From the human T2T-CHM13v2.0 reference genome, Homo sapiens: a stretch of DNA of 64,000 nucleotides. The notes beneath the pieces are model-generated. The model did not search any database. It worked only from the letters and a program-made list of their open reading frames with translations, and was not told the origin of the DNA. The translations under genes and the position numbers were made by a program. This document shows, piece by piece, positions 43,078-58,681 of the stretch (position 1 is its first letter; the number at the start of each line of letters is the position of its first letter). The DNA is taken from assembly GCF_009914755.1 (NCBI RefSeq), contig NC_060931.1. One strand, written 5' to 3'.

Positions 43078-43256
43078 GCCCTCCCCAGTAGCTGGGACCA
43101 CAGGCATGTGACACCACGCCTGGCTAATTTTTTGTATTTTTAGCAGAGATGGGGTTTCGCTGTGTTAGCCATGATGGTTTCGATCTCCTGACCTTGTAAT
43201 CCACCTGCCTCAACCTCCTAAAATGCTGGGATTTCAGGAGTGAGCCGCGCTGGGCC
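43078..43256 (-). mobile_element. Alu (Y/Sc-like), left arm plus start of right arm; 3' part and tail missing
   Basis: tgttagccatgatggtttcgatctcctgacc diagnostic segment. Ends abruptly at gccctccccagtagctggg with no poly-T. Confidence 0.9.
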
Positions 43257-43424
43257 TGATGTTTTGATTTTTAAAGTTTTTCTGTTAATTACATATTTTC
43301 TTCACCAAAGAGAATGCATTTCACCACTAATTATAAGAACTTAACTTGCTTTCTGTGGCCATTATTAGTACTACATTCATTTACATCCTGATGGTTCCAT
43401 GACTGATGTGGTCACTTTCCAGAT

Positions 43425-44062
43425 TCTGCCTTCTATGTTTGCTCTCTCACAGTATGTTCTCCACTCAGCAGTCAGAATAAGCCTTTTAAAACATAGTTCA
43501 GATCACAACATTCTCTGTGGAAACCTTCCAGTGGCTTTCCATTAACATGGAATTATTTCCCAACTTCTAAAAGGCCCTGTATGATCTGCTTCTTGGCTCC
43601 CTCTACTCTTCTCATTCTCCCTTATTCCATTTCAGCTTTACTGGCCTTTCAATGTTCCTGGAACACTTTAAGCATTCTACTGTCTCTGTTCTCCCCTCCA
43701 GTTCTAACACTTTCCTCTCTGATATTTGCTTATTCTGGGAATTCTGATGTTCAGCCTGCTCCCTGATATCAAGTATCCATTTAACTTCTATCTTCCTAGA
43801 GAGTCTTTGCATGACCCACCTGTCACTCTCCATCACCGTACCCCTTTGTTTTTTTCCCCAATACTTTTCACAATTTTGATATGTTGATCATGAACTGTAT
43901 CTTTTTGTGTGTTTATTTTCTGTCTCTTCTCCCTACAATGTAAGTTCTACCAGGTCAGGGGTACTGTCTGTTCATCTCTCATTGCTGTAGGCCTAGTGAT
44001 TTTTAAAAGTTCCTGACACACAGAACATTCTTATTAAATGTTTTCTGAGTAAATAAGTGAGC
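43425..44062 (+). mobile_element. L2a relic
   Basis: ttctccactcagcagtcaga..cttccagtggctttccatt..caatgtaagttctaccaggtcagggg..ctgacacacagaacattcttattaaatgttttctgagtaaat. Confidence 0.7.
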
Positions 44063-44759
44063 ATGATACCTAAAGACATTAAGCAGTCACAGTGAGGTAC
44101 TATGGACCTTGAAGCAAGCCAGGATTTCTAAAGAGCAATTTAGAAGAGCTCGAAAGTAATATGAAGAACAAGTCAAAGACTGCATTGTATTAGGGATACT
44201 CACTCTACATTTTAATTTTTCAACTTAAATTTTTTTCTGGGGTGAGTTCATGTTAAATTTCTAATATAAAGCCTTATATTATGTAGATATCACTGCAATT
44301 CTCACCAATACAAAGATAACTCAAAAGAAAGTGCTTTAGTGACTTTATATATTGTTATAACAATATCTAAAATGGCAATTTGGGAAATTTGTATGCCCGA
44401 ATACTATGCTGAATCCATAAATTCATGATTCTGCTTTATTCTTCAAGTGTTTATACTGACTTGTGTATGAAATAAGTAACAAAAATATTATCCTTATTTA
44501 GGATTATTTAATCCAGGTATGATTTTTATTGCTCTACAAGTTCACTGACTCTTCCATGAAATAATGTGTGTTTTTTTTTTTTTTAATTTTTAACTGCTGG
44601 AGTTGTTACATACAAATAGATAATACCGCTAATAATACTAATTTGGCATATTTTTATAATGAGTAAATATTCTGAAAGTATTCATGTTTTCTGTTTATAT
44701 ATACAGTGGAAGAAATATTTGGTTTTTATTGTAAGGCTTTAATGTATTATTCACAACTT

Positions 44760-46076
44760 ATGGATGGGAAAAATATTTTAAAACCATACATCTGATAAAA
44801 GCTTAACATGTAAAATATAAGGAACTCTTATGTATTAATCTGTGCTCACACTGCTGTAAAGGTACTACCTGAGACTGGCTAATTTACAAAGGAAAGAGGT
44901 TTAATTGACTCACAGTTCTGCATGGCAAGGGAGGCCTCAGGAAACTTAAAATCATGGCAGAAGGTAAAGTGTAAGCAAGGCATGTGTTACATGGTGGCAG
45001 GAGAGAGAGAGAGAGCAGGAAAAACTGCCATTTATAAAACCATCAGATCTTGTGAGGATTCACTCACTGTCATGAGAACTGAATGGGGTAAACCACCCTC
45101 ATGATCCAATCACCTCCCACCAGGTCCCTCCCTGGACCCCTGGAGATTACAATTTGGATTACAATTCAAGAGGAGATTTGGGTGGAGACAAAGAACCAAA
45201 AAGAATAACTGCATTACAAAGTAGATTAAGGACTAGATAGACATTTCTTCAAAGAAGAAATACAGCGAGCCAACAAGTATTTGAAAAAATGTTCAGTGTC
45301 ACTAATCATCAGGTAAATGCATATAAAACCACAATGAGATACCACTTCATACCTGTCAGAACAGCTATGATCAAAGGCAAAGGCAAAGCAAAAACAAAAG
45401 GTGAAAAAAAAAGACAACTCTTGGTGAGAATATGAAGAAATTAGAATCCTTGTACATTATTGATGAGAATACAAAATGGTGTAGCTGCTCTGAGAAATGA
45501 TATGGCGGTTCACCAGAAAATTAAAAATACAACTACTACATGATGCTGTAACCCCATTTCTGGGTAATTATCCCAAAAAGCAGAAATCAGGATGTCAAAG
45601 AGATATTAGCACTACCATGTTCATTGAAGCATTATTCACAATTGTCAACATGTGGTAACAACCTAAGTGTCTATTTATGAATGGATAAAGAAAATGTGGT
45701 ATATACTCATAGTGGAATAACATTCAGCCTTAAAAAAGCAGGAAATTCTGCAATATGCAATAACATGGATTAATCTTGAAGACATTATGCTAAGTGAAAT
45801 AAGCCAGTCACAGCAATATGAATACTGCACGATTCCACTTATATGAGATATATAAAATAGTTAAATTCATAGAATCAAAGAGTAGAATGGTAGTTGCCAG
45901 GGGCTGTAGGAGAGGGAAATGAAGACTTACCAACAAATTGTTCAGTGAAGCCAGATTAATAAACTCTAGAGATCTTCTATATAACACTATACCAACAGCC
46001 AAGAATAATGTATTATATGCTTAAAAATATGAGGGTATATCTCATCATGTTAAGTATTCTTACCACAAAATAAAAC
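44760..46076 (+). mobile_element. L1MB/late-L1MA 3' portion interrupted by an MSTA LTR
   Basis: catacatctgataaa..ggaactctta[LTR]..gacatttcttcaaagaaga..aaaccacaatgagataccac..ttgaagacattatgctaagtgaaataagccagtcacag..gttaagtattcttaccacaaaataaaa. Confidence 0.85.
44831..45200 (-). mobile_element. MSTA-type MaLR solo LTR
   Basis: tgtattaatctgtgctcacactgct..gaggtttaattgactcacagttc..gatccaatcacctcccaccaggtccctcc..gagatttgggtgg. Confidence 0.9.
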
Positions 46077-46520
46077 TTTAAAAATATACACTTTACATAT
46101 AATTTTTAAATCTTTAAATATTAACTTTTAAATTTAACTTTAAAGTTTAATGTTTTTAGCTTTCTATATTCCACTGGGAACAAAACAGTTTTCTTTGGGG
46201 CTTTGATATGGACATGTTTTGGTTTACGGCATGCATAGCAATTGGCAAGTACTAGAGCAGTGATGAACTGCAATCATTTCAAGACACAATAACTGACTTA
46301 TATAATATAAAGTCAAAAATTAGACATTTCCTTTACACATTCTCATCCAACAAAATTGTTCCAGATTTAGCTACCATACAATCTGATTTCAAAGGTTAGA
46401 AATGTATTGAACCCAAATAACTTTTCAATGCTGCTTTTTCTATGTATGTAAATTAATATTTACAATTTACAGATGATCCATGTTAACAGTGCAGTTACAA
46501 ATTTTAAAATTAAAAGATAA

Positions 46521-46869
<349 letters not shown>

Positions 46870-46879
46870 TCAGCATTAC

Positions 46880-46998
46880 TGTTCTCACCACAAATAAATG
46901 AAAAGTGTTGGAGGTAATGGCTATGCTAATTACTCTGATTTGATCATTACATAATGTATACGTGTACCAAAATATCACACCATACCCATAAATACATA

Positions 46999-47002
<4 letters not shown>
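46880..47002 (+). mobile_element. L1MA 3'-end fragment
   Basis: tgttctcaccacaaa..gaggtaatggctatgctaattactctgatttgatcattaca. Confidence 0.75.
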
Positions 47003-50310
<3,308 letters not shown>

Positions 50311-50354
50311 GCAAACTTTTCAAGAATAAAAAAAACCAAAAAACAAATTAGTCA

Positions 50355-50787
50355 AATGGAAACATCCCAAATGTCCATCAACAAATGAATGAATAAACAA
50401 AGTGAGGAACACAAAATATGATTCAACCATAAAAAGGAATGAAGTACTGACTTGTACATGCCATCATATGGATGGACCTTGAAAACGTTATGGTAACTTA
50501 AAGAAGCCAGACACAACAGGTCACATATTATATCATTCTATTTATAGAAATACCCAGAACTGGTAAATCCATAAAAAATAGGAAACAGAGCAGTGGTTGC
50601 CATGGGATGAGAGGACAGGGAAATAGACAGTGAAATAGAATGTTTTCTCTTGAGGTGATGAAAATATTTTGGAACTAGATCAATGTAGTGGTTGCACAAC
50701 ATTATGGATATACTAAATGCCACTGTATTGTGCACTTTAAAATGGTTACTTTTATGTTACATAAATTTCACCTTAATTTAAAAAACA
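50355..50787 (+). mobile_element. L1MB3/4-like 3' end
   Basis: aaaaggaatgaagtactga..ggaccttgaaaac..ggtgatgaaaatattttggaactaga..ggttgcacaac..cactttaaaatggtt. Confidence 0.8.
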
Positions 50788-50944
50788 ATTTGATGTGTTG
50801 ATTATAGTTTATAAGGCTATTAGGATATGACAACCTGATACATTTTTACTCCCCTTCATCCCCCTCCCCCCTTACACTTTCCCTACACACAAGCACACAC
50901 GCATAGGTGCACACACACACACACAAATGTACACATACCCTCTT

Positions 50945-51364
50945 GGCCCCAGACATCCTGCCTCCTGCCATTTCTCAAACATGCTACGTGTGCACCACCT
51001 CAATGTCTTTGCACTGGTTCTTGCCTCCATTTGGCATTCAATCCCCACAGTTGCCTTTAAGAGTTATTCACTCCTTTTCTTCTGTCCCTGCTTAAATATT
51101 CCACCTCCGAGAGGCTCTCCTTGACCACTCAAAATAAAATAATACACTCCCATCTCTTTCAGCCTGTGTTATTTTTCTTCATAACACTTATCATTGTTTT
51201 GACACATTATATTTTACTTGTTTACTCATTTATTGCCTATTTCTCTTCTACAATGTAAGGTCCATGAAGACAGATACATTATTTAAATCCTGTTATACCC
51301 TCTACATCTAAAACAGTGCCTGGCACAGAGTAGCCAGTCAGTTAATATTTGTTGAATAAATGAG
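50945..51364 (+). mobile_element. L2a 3' relic
   Basis: caatgtaaggtccatgaagacag..aacagtgcctggcacagagtag..aatatttgttgaataaatga. Confidence 0.75.
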
Positions 51365-54055
51365 TATTTTGTATATAAAGTTCCAAAACAAGTAAACATG
51401 ATATGTTTAGACACACGTATATATGTGTCAAAGCCATCATGATAAACACAAAATTCATTTAGAGATTCACTCTGGAGAGGGCTTGAGGAGAAAAGAGAAG
51501 GAGGAGATCATGAGGGGTCTAGGAGTTTCAATTTTATGAGTAAATTTCTATATATTTTCTATTTATTTAATTGGATAACATTTTAAATAAGTGTTTTTTG
51601 TCTTTAAGATTTATGATATATAATATTGCATGCAATCTTTAACATGCATCAAATATTTCACAAAATTTTTCAACAGGTTAGCAGTATAATTATTCAGTAA
51701 TATTAAACAATACTACGTGTGCTTACTTTATTAGTTGCTTAATTAAAAATAAATGACTGTACTTGCTTTCTCCTTTCAAGATTATTACTCTATTCTTTGG
51801 AAGAACATAGAAACATTTTACTATGACTGCACGAAAGCTCCAAAACTAAGAACCACTAATATTTGTAGGGGTGCTCCACCTTCAGTGACAGTGCCTTCTG
51901 TTACTCCATTTCTAACCTAAGAAGATGGATCTTTCTGTTCAGAAGATCACTTGTTGTTTCAAATTTATACTCATTTGAATCCGTCTTCTTTTGCTTTGAG
52001 TGGCATAAGTGATAAATGATTTTATGCAAATATTAACTTTAGAAATAAATTTTACATGTAACTAATGGGAAATCACATCTGAGCCCATCCTATCAAAAAC
52101 AATTAAAATACATGCTTTCATCTAAAAATGGAAACATTTCACTATGATTTTAGTTCCTGTTCAAACAATAAAATTTATTCATTAGACTCTGTATCAACCT
52201 TTATTAGCCTCTCAGAATATTAATGTTACTTGCTAGGTCTGTGATACTTTAACTGAATATTCACAGCTTCAACAAGTTTGCTATGGAACAACTGTAAGAG
52301 ATGATGATGGTGAATTTATCCCACTTTTCTACTTGTTATTTAACTCTGGCTTTTGACAATGTTCAACTTGACTTCAGACAGCAAACCTACCTTTTGGCTG
52401 AAAGAAGACTCTGTAAATGCACAAGGCAGATAATTTAATAATCCATAGTGCCATAAATAAGCACAATATCAACAATTAATTATGATCTATTTATATAATA
52501 TAAAAATTTAACTCATCATCTACTGATTATGAAAATAACTCATTGCATCTAGCTAGATTTATTACCAAACACACAGCTATTGTCATAGAAAATTAAAGCT
52601 ACAGAGATCTTTTATATATATATTTTTAGAGATAAATAAACCAAGCTTGTGATGGGGAGAAAAGACAGCCCATGTTTTATAGTAAGTGGCAGAACAAGAC
52701 CTAGACTTCACATTTCATATTTTAGTAGTCTTTTTAGTACATCTATGGCAATGATTTACATACATAATATCTTGGTTGTATCTTACTATCCAGGGATATA
52801 AGCTCACAAGCTACTGAGAAGAAACAAGGAGTACTGCTTTGGCTAAGTGAGTTGTGACTTCATAACTGTGACTGCCCAAACTCAGTTAAAAGCCTGTCAA
52901 AATATTTCAAGTAGCACTATCAATCATGATTTAAAGTATACTGTGAATGAATAAATAGTGAATGAAACATGTTTAAACTATATAAATATGAGAACTTTTG
53001 GTTGTGATCATTTTTAAAAGTGATTTTTCCGTTTTCCTTTCTAAATTTGAGATTTCTAGGAGCTATTATTTGTGTGCATCTTTATTTTAAGTTGTATTCT
53101 GGCTGTAATAAATAAAACCTGTAATAAAGTATAATACTTATGTAGTTAATTTACTGAACTTACTGCAAATAGGTTCAAACCCAAAAGCTAAATTGCCCTC
53201 ATAAAATACATACATAAATACTTAAAATGCACTTACAAAATCAGAAATTTTAAACTAATGCATTGACCCATTTTTGAAACAAGGCAGAATACAAGATAAG
53301 TATGGTTATTGATTAAGCTAATGTCCGTGTACCCGAGGAATGATTTGGTGAGAACTCATTCACGATTCTAGATGACCTACTACTGATCAGCTAGCTCTGC
53401 CAGAAGAAAAATTACTGAAGTGTACTTCATGGCTATATTATAGTGCCTCATCCCCATCTTCCTATAAAAGGAAGCTTCCAAAAGCCCATTGACCTTGCCT
53501 GTGTGCAGAGATGACCTTGTTTGTACAGCAGTCAATGCCAACATCCATCTTCAGTGTGAAATTCTGTCAATAACATTTTGGCTTTAAATTCTTATCTGTA
53601 AAGCTTTCTCTTTAAGAAAAAATTTGCTATTTGCTAACAATATAAATCTCCATAAAACTATCCTTTACAGAAAAGCTGAATTTAAATTGCATTTTAAAGG
53701 ATTAAATATAAAATGTTATTTGAAAATAAGGATATATTTAATAATTTCATAGGAGGCACCAGGTGTATTAAATAATGAGCTTGAATTCAGGGATATGGCA
53801 CCAATTGTCATGTAATGCCATTAGTATTTTTGGTAAGAAAAGGACATATACATCACTATATTGCCATCGCCTACCAGAATTGCAGTCATGGTCATGTAGA
53901 CAGAGCCTTTACATGATGCAATGAAATAAAAGAGAAAATAATAGTATTTTTCCTATCAAAATAATTGTATATGTAATACGCATTGCCATCTGTCACATTC
54001 ATAGGTCCAATTGTTTAAGCAAGAGAACATATAAATACTTCCATATCATTATTTT

Positions 54056-54347
54056 ATTTTATTTTAGAGATCAAGTCTCTCACCTTTGCCTGGGCTAGAG
54101 TTCAGTGGCACAATCTTGGCTCACTGCATCCTCCACCTCCCGGGTTCATGCCATTCTCCTGCCTCAGCCTCCAGAGTAGTTGGGATTACAGGTGCCCACC
54201 ACCATGCCCAGCTAAATTTTTGTATTTTTAGTAGAGACGGGGTTTCACTATGTTGGCCAGGCTGGTCTTGAACTCCTGACCTCGTGATCCGCCCGCCTCG
54301 GCCTCCCAAAGTGCTGGGATTACAGGCGTGAGCCACCATGCCCGGCC
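54056..54347 (-). mobile_element. AluS (Sg-like) with 15-bp TSD
   Basis: TSD ccatatcattatttt at 54041-54055 and 54349-54363. Confidence 0.95.
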
Positions 54348-55568
54348 CCCATATCATTATTTTTAAAAAATCACAAAACTACATTTTTAAAGAGTTAAAA
54401 AAAAAAGGTTTGCCCTCCTGAAACAGGGAATATCATTAAAAATAGATACACTAAGTATAACAAAGTAAGGCTATGAAGTAAAAAATAAGCACAAGAGAAT
54501 CAGATAAAAGAAGAAAAGCCCAGCATATCATAATATTTTGACATCAGCTTTTGATTGCCATTTTACCTCAAGTCTTTTTTAGTTTCTTCTCTTGATCTGA
54601 GCAGTTGGTAGACAACTACACCATTTTTAACACAACTTAATAGAAGTCTTTATAGAAAGCATATTTTAAAGCTGCATGCAATGAGATACATAGAAGATAA
54701 TTTTATAGTAGGTTTATTTTTCTGATCCCTTATGAAAACTGACAGACATATTATCTCTATATGCTAATTTGCATTCTTCCCATCTAGAATCAGGTGCCTT
54801 TGAGAAAAATTTAACATTTATAACTGAAGAACCAACAGAGTATTCAAATTTACAAATCTTTCCGGACCACCCATGTGGAGAACACTGGGCAAGGAGTTGT
54901 GAGTGCCACAGATAGGTAAGACAGACACATTGTCTGCTCAGGAGATAGCATGGAGAGATGAAAAGGGAACTGCCTGCAGAGACAGAAGGACCTGGATACA
55001 AAGAGAGCTTGACTGCTTGCTGGATGGTTGACCCTGCCCACCTTATTTAACTTCTGAGAGCTGAGACAACCCCCTGCTTAGAGTCTAGGGCATAGTAGGT
55101 ATTTAAAAAATGTTAGTGCTTGTTTGTTAACCCCTTGCTTTCCCCACATTATGTACTATCTTACAGTTTAAATTGGAGACACAGGCATGTACACAATTAA
55201 GTATAACAAGAGGAAAGCACCAGAGATGCTACAATAGGAATACAAAGAAATTGCTTCTGATATGCAAGGGGAAAGCTTTTGATTGGGACTAGGAAGCGTG
55301 AGAGACTGTGGAGAAGACTGTTCAATTTGGCTTTAAAGGAATGGGTAGAATTTCAGTAGAGAGAAGGGTAGGAGAGTGTACTCTAAGTTTGTAGAAAAGC
55401 AAAACTGGGGCATATATGAATGAATGCTTTGGTAAGTGCCAGGCTTCATTCATTACATGCTGGCATTGTTCTAGGTGCAGTGGATACATGTAGTAAACGA
55501 GGTAAGACAAGAATTCTTTTCCTGAAAAAGTACAACAGATCATCCCTGTAGCTGGAAATAAAATAGAA

Positions 55569-55611
55569 ACACACACACACACACACACACGCACACACAG
55601 GCACGCACACA
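55569..55611. repeat. Imperfect (CA)n microsatellite
   Basis: acacacacacacacacacacacgcacacacaggcacgcacac. Confidence 0.92.
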
Positions 55612-56089
55612 TAGATTTCTTTTCCCTGAAATTGTATCACCCAAAAAGTATTTGCTATGCATGTGCTATGTGCTTTAACTTGGTGCTCTGGAAAATTAAA
55701 AACCAATTAAATATGGCTAGTGGTTTCCAGAAATGTACAATCAAGTCCACTGGACAAAATGAACACATGTGAAATAATAAATTATCAAATGTTATGGCAT
55801 GGACTATAAATGAAATCAGAGTTAAGAACAGAGGATCATATAGAAACATATTTCATTCATGGACCTTTATTGATACTTTCATTTTCACTATTTATTAATA
55901 TAGACTACCTGACATATTTGTTTACCAAATTTGAATATGAACCAAGAATTCATTATTTGCATCTGTTCTCCTGAATGAGGATAAATAACTTATGGGCTTT
56001 GGAGTTCGGCATATCTGAATTTGAATCACTTATTTCCATTTTCTAGATAAATGACTTTTTTCCTGTTTTTAATTTTTTGGTTTATATAT

Positions 56090-56740
56090 AATATCTTTAT
56101 TGAAGTAAAAGTTATAGACAGTAATGTTCTAAAAAAATGTACCATTCAGTTATTATCACAAAGCAAACACCTGGGTAATCGCCTTGCAGATCACAAAAGA
56201 GAGCACTGCCAGCAGCCCTGAACTGCCCCGCGCCATCACAACCCTTCTATTTCCCCTTCTCTTCTTCCTACAGGCAACCACTATTTTGACTTTTAACTCA
56301 GTTGTTTAGCTTTGTCTAGTTTTGAAATTCATGTGAATAAATTTTTAGCTTCCTTTACATGTATTTAATGCACTTACACACACATTTCTCTTCGTATATG
56401 TTCAGCGGCAGGATTCCTAAGCCATTGGTCAGAACTATGTTCACTTCGCTAGGTACTGGCACACTGTCACTTTCACTCCAGCAGGTCTGGAAAGTTCTCT
56501 TGCTCCACATCCTCGCTAACTCTTGGAATTGTTTAGCTTTTTACACTTTTAGCCATTTTGGTGTGTAGAGGTGTATCATTTTGGTTTTAACTGGCATTTC
56601 TCAGTTAAAATAAGGATGAGAATGCTTAATGTATTTATTGACTTAGGATGTCTCTTTGGAAAAATATCGTTCAAACATTCGATTATCCTGCACTTCTGAC
56701 AGACTAATACCGATTTTAATAGTGTTCTTGATATAGTTGT
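56090..56740 (-). mobile_element. Old L1 (L1ME-like) relic
   Basis: ctttattgaagta..aaacacctgggtaatc..ggcaaccactattttgacttttaac..tgctccacatcctcgctaac..tttagccattttgg..ttaactggcatttc. Confidence 0.65.
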
Positions 56741-57134
56741 TGATAATATTGTACTTTTCCCCAAAAAGCTTTCAAGTAAATCTAGTCTATTCAAGAGCAG
56801 ATTCTAAACCATCAGAAAGCATGCAAATCCTTCTATACTCTTAAGCTATTGGCTCTTCAAATTTATTTTCAAACTACTTTCAGATGGCCCTTCTGCTCTA
56901 GACATACCAGTATATTCAATTTTTCAGAATGCATGTGCTCCTCTTCTCTTTGTCTTTACACACCAACTTGTGTCTTTCCTTTCCAAATTAGAACCTTGTC
57001 TTCCTTCTCTCAACTTATTAGAACCCTTTGTATCCTGAGAAACCGAATTAATCTGCACCCTCTCTGTCAAAGCTTCCTGATCATCACAGCTGGAAACAAT
57101 CTCTAACTTTTGAAAATCTGTAACAACTACTGAG

Positions 57135-57382
57135 ATGTAATATGGTGCTTGGAGAAACTGCAGGCATTTGAGTCAAATAGAGGTGAGTTTTAAACTGTTT
57201 GCAAGCTGCACAATCTAAGTTTCTTAATCTCATGATGCTAGTTCTTTGTCTGCAAAATGGAGTTAATTATAAATCCTTTGGAGGGCTGTTACAAAAATTA
57301 GGTATGATCGACATCATAGCTGAACATAGCATAACAAGCCTGACACATAATATTGGCTTAAATAAATAGAAGCTATTACTTC
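57135..57382 (+). mobile_element. MIR relic
   Basis: aagtttcttaatctc..agttctttgtctgcaaaatggagttaattata..gagggctgtta..gcctgacacataata..aataaatagaagctatta. Confidence 0.7.
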
Positions 57383-58430
57383 TATAAGTTTTGATAGTAT
57401 GACTTATTTAAAATTAATTATATACCTTTTTCTTGACAATTATCTCTTATGCATATACTGTACACATGCCACCAGGATATAAAACCCTTTAGACTAAGAA
57501 TCATGTATATATCTTTGCATATGCCACAGTATCATGCAAATATCAAGTGCTTGAAAATGTTGATTGATGTCATATTTACTTATGAGTACATAATATTTTT
57601 AGAAACAGGCTTGCTGAATATTAAGTTGACAAAAGAGTTTACAATTGTAAAACATCTTCAAGTCTTGGTATAATTTGACTAGAATTTAAATCACTCCAGC
57701 TTTCATTTATGAAGGTAGTCACTGTAAGGTCTATAAAATCAGTGAAGACAAGCATATTGATTGTGCTCAACCACAGAAGCCTTCTTCTGTTGGATAATCC
57801 AATCAAATGTCATTTTGGCATAAGAGAAAAAGTAAGTTTGATGACAGGCAAAGGTCTCAGAGGTGGTGAAATCAATTTTAGCCATGGCAACAAGAGGGAT
57901 CAATATGCAGACCACCAGTCTACAAATATACTGAAAGGTCTTATAGGAAATCAGAACGCTGACTGTGCTATTCAAAAAATGCACAAATATTGCTCTTCAA
58001 AATGTAATCATTTAAAATGTATGTGCTTTTATTGAAGAATTTTAAAAACATCACCAATCAGCCTGATTTAAGGAACATAGTGATCATAAATGTACTACAC
58101 AGACATTTCATATTTCTGAACATATTCACACAGACATATATATATGAATACATACATACTAAGACAAATACAGAACAGTCCTTAACCTAGTTGCTCCATT
58201 AGAAGTACTTCCTTCTGATTACAAAATGTCATCTAGGTTACCTTTCATTCTCTTAGAACTTTTAAGAGTTAAACATGCCCAACTACATTCATTTAGCTGT
58301 ATATTTACAAAGAACTTTGTGACCACTAATTTTAAAGAAAAATTGCTAATTGGCCACTGTGATTTCTAATATAGAACTCTCTAGAGACACTGAAGTCACA
58401 AGCTTAGGGCACTGAGACAGGGCCACATTC

Positions 58431-58681
58431 TTTTTTATTTTTTTATTTTATTTATTTATTTATTTATTTTTTTATTATACTCTAAGTTTTAGGGTACATG
58501 TGCACATTGTGCAGGTTAGTTACATATGTATACATGTGCCATGCTGGTGCGCTGCACCCACTAACGTGTCAGTTACATATGTATACATGTGCCATGCTGG
58601 TGCGCTGCACCCACTAACGTGTCATCTAGCATTAGGTATATCTCCCAATGCTATCCCTCCCCCCTCCCCCGACCCCACCAC
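58431..58681 (-). mobile_element. Short 5'-truncated L1HS, pre-Ta (ACG/G), sense to THSD7A, with internal 53-bp duplication
   Basis: Minus strand GGGGTCGGGGGAGGGGGGAGGGATAGCATTGGGAGATATACCTAATGCTAGATGAC-ACG-TTAGTGGGTGCAGCGCACC...AAAACTTAGAGTATAATAAA plus (TAAA)n tail. Confidence 0.93.
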
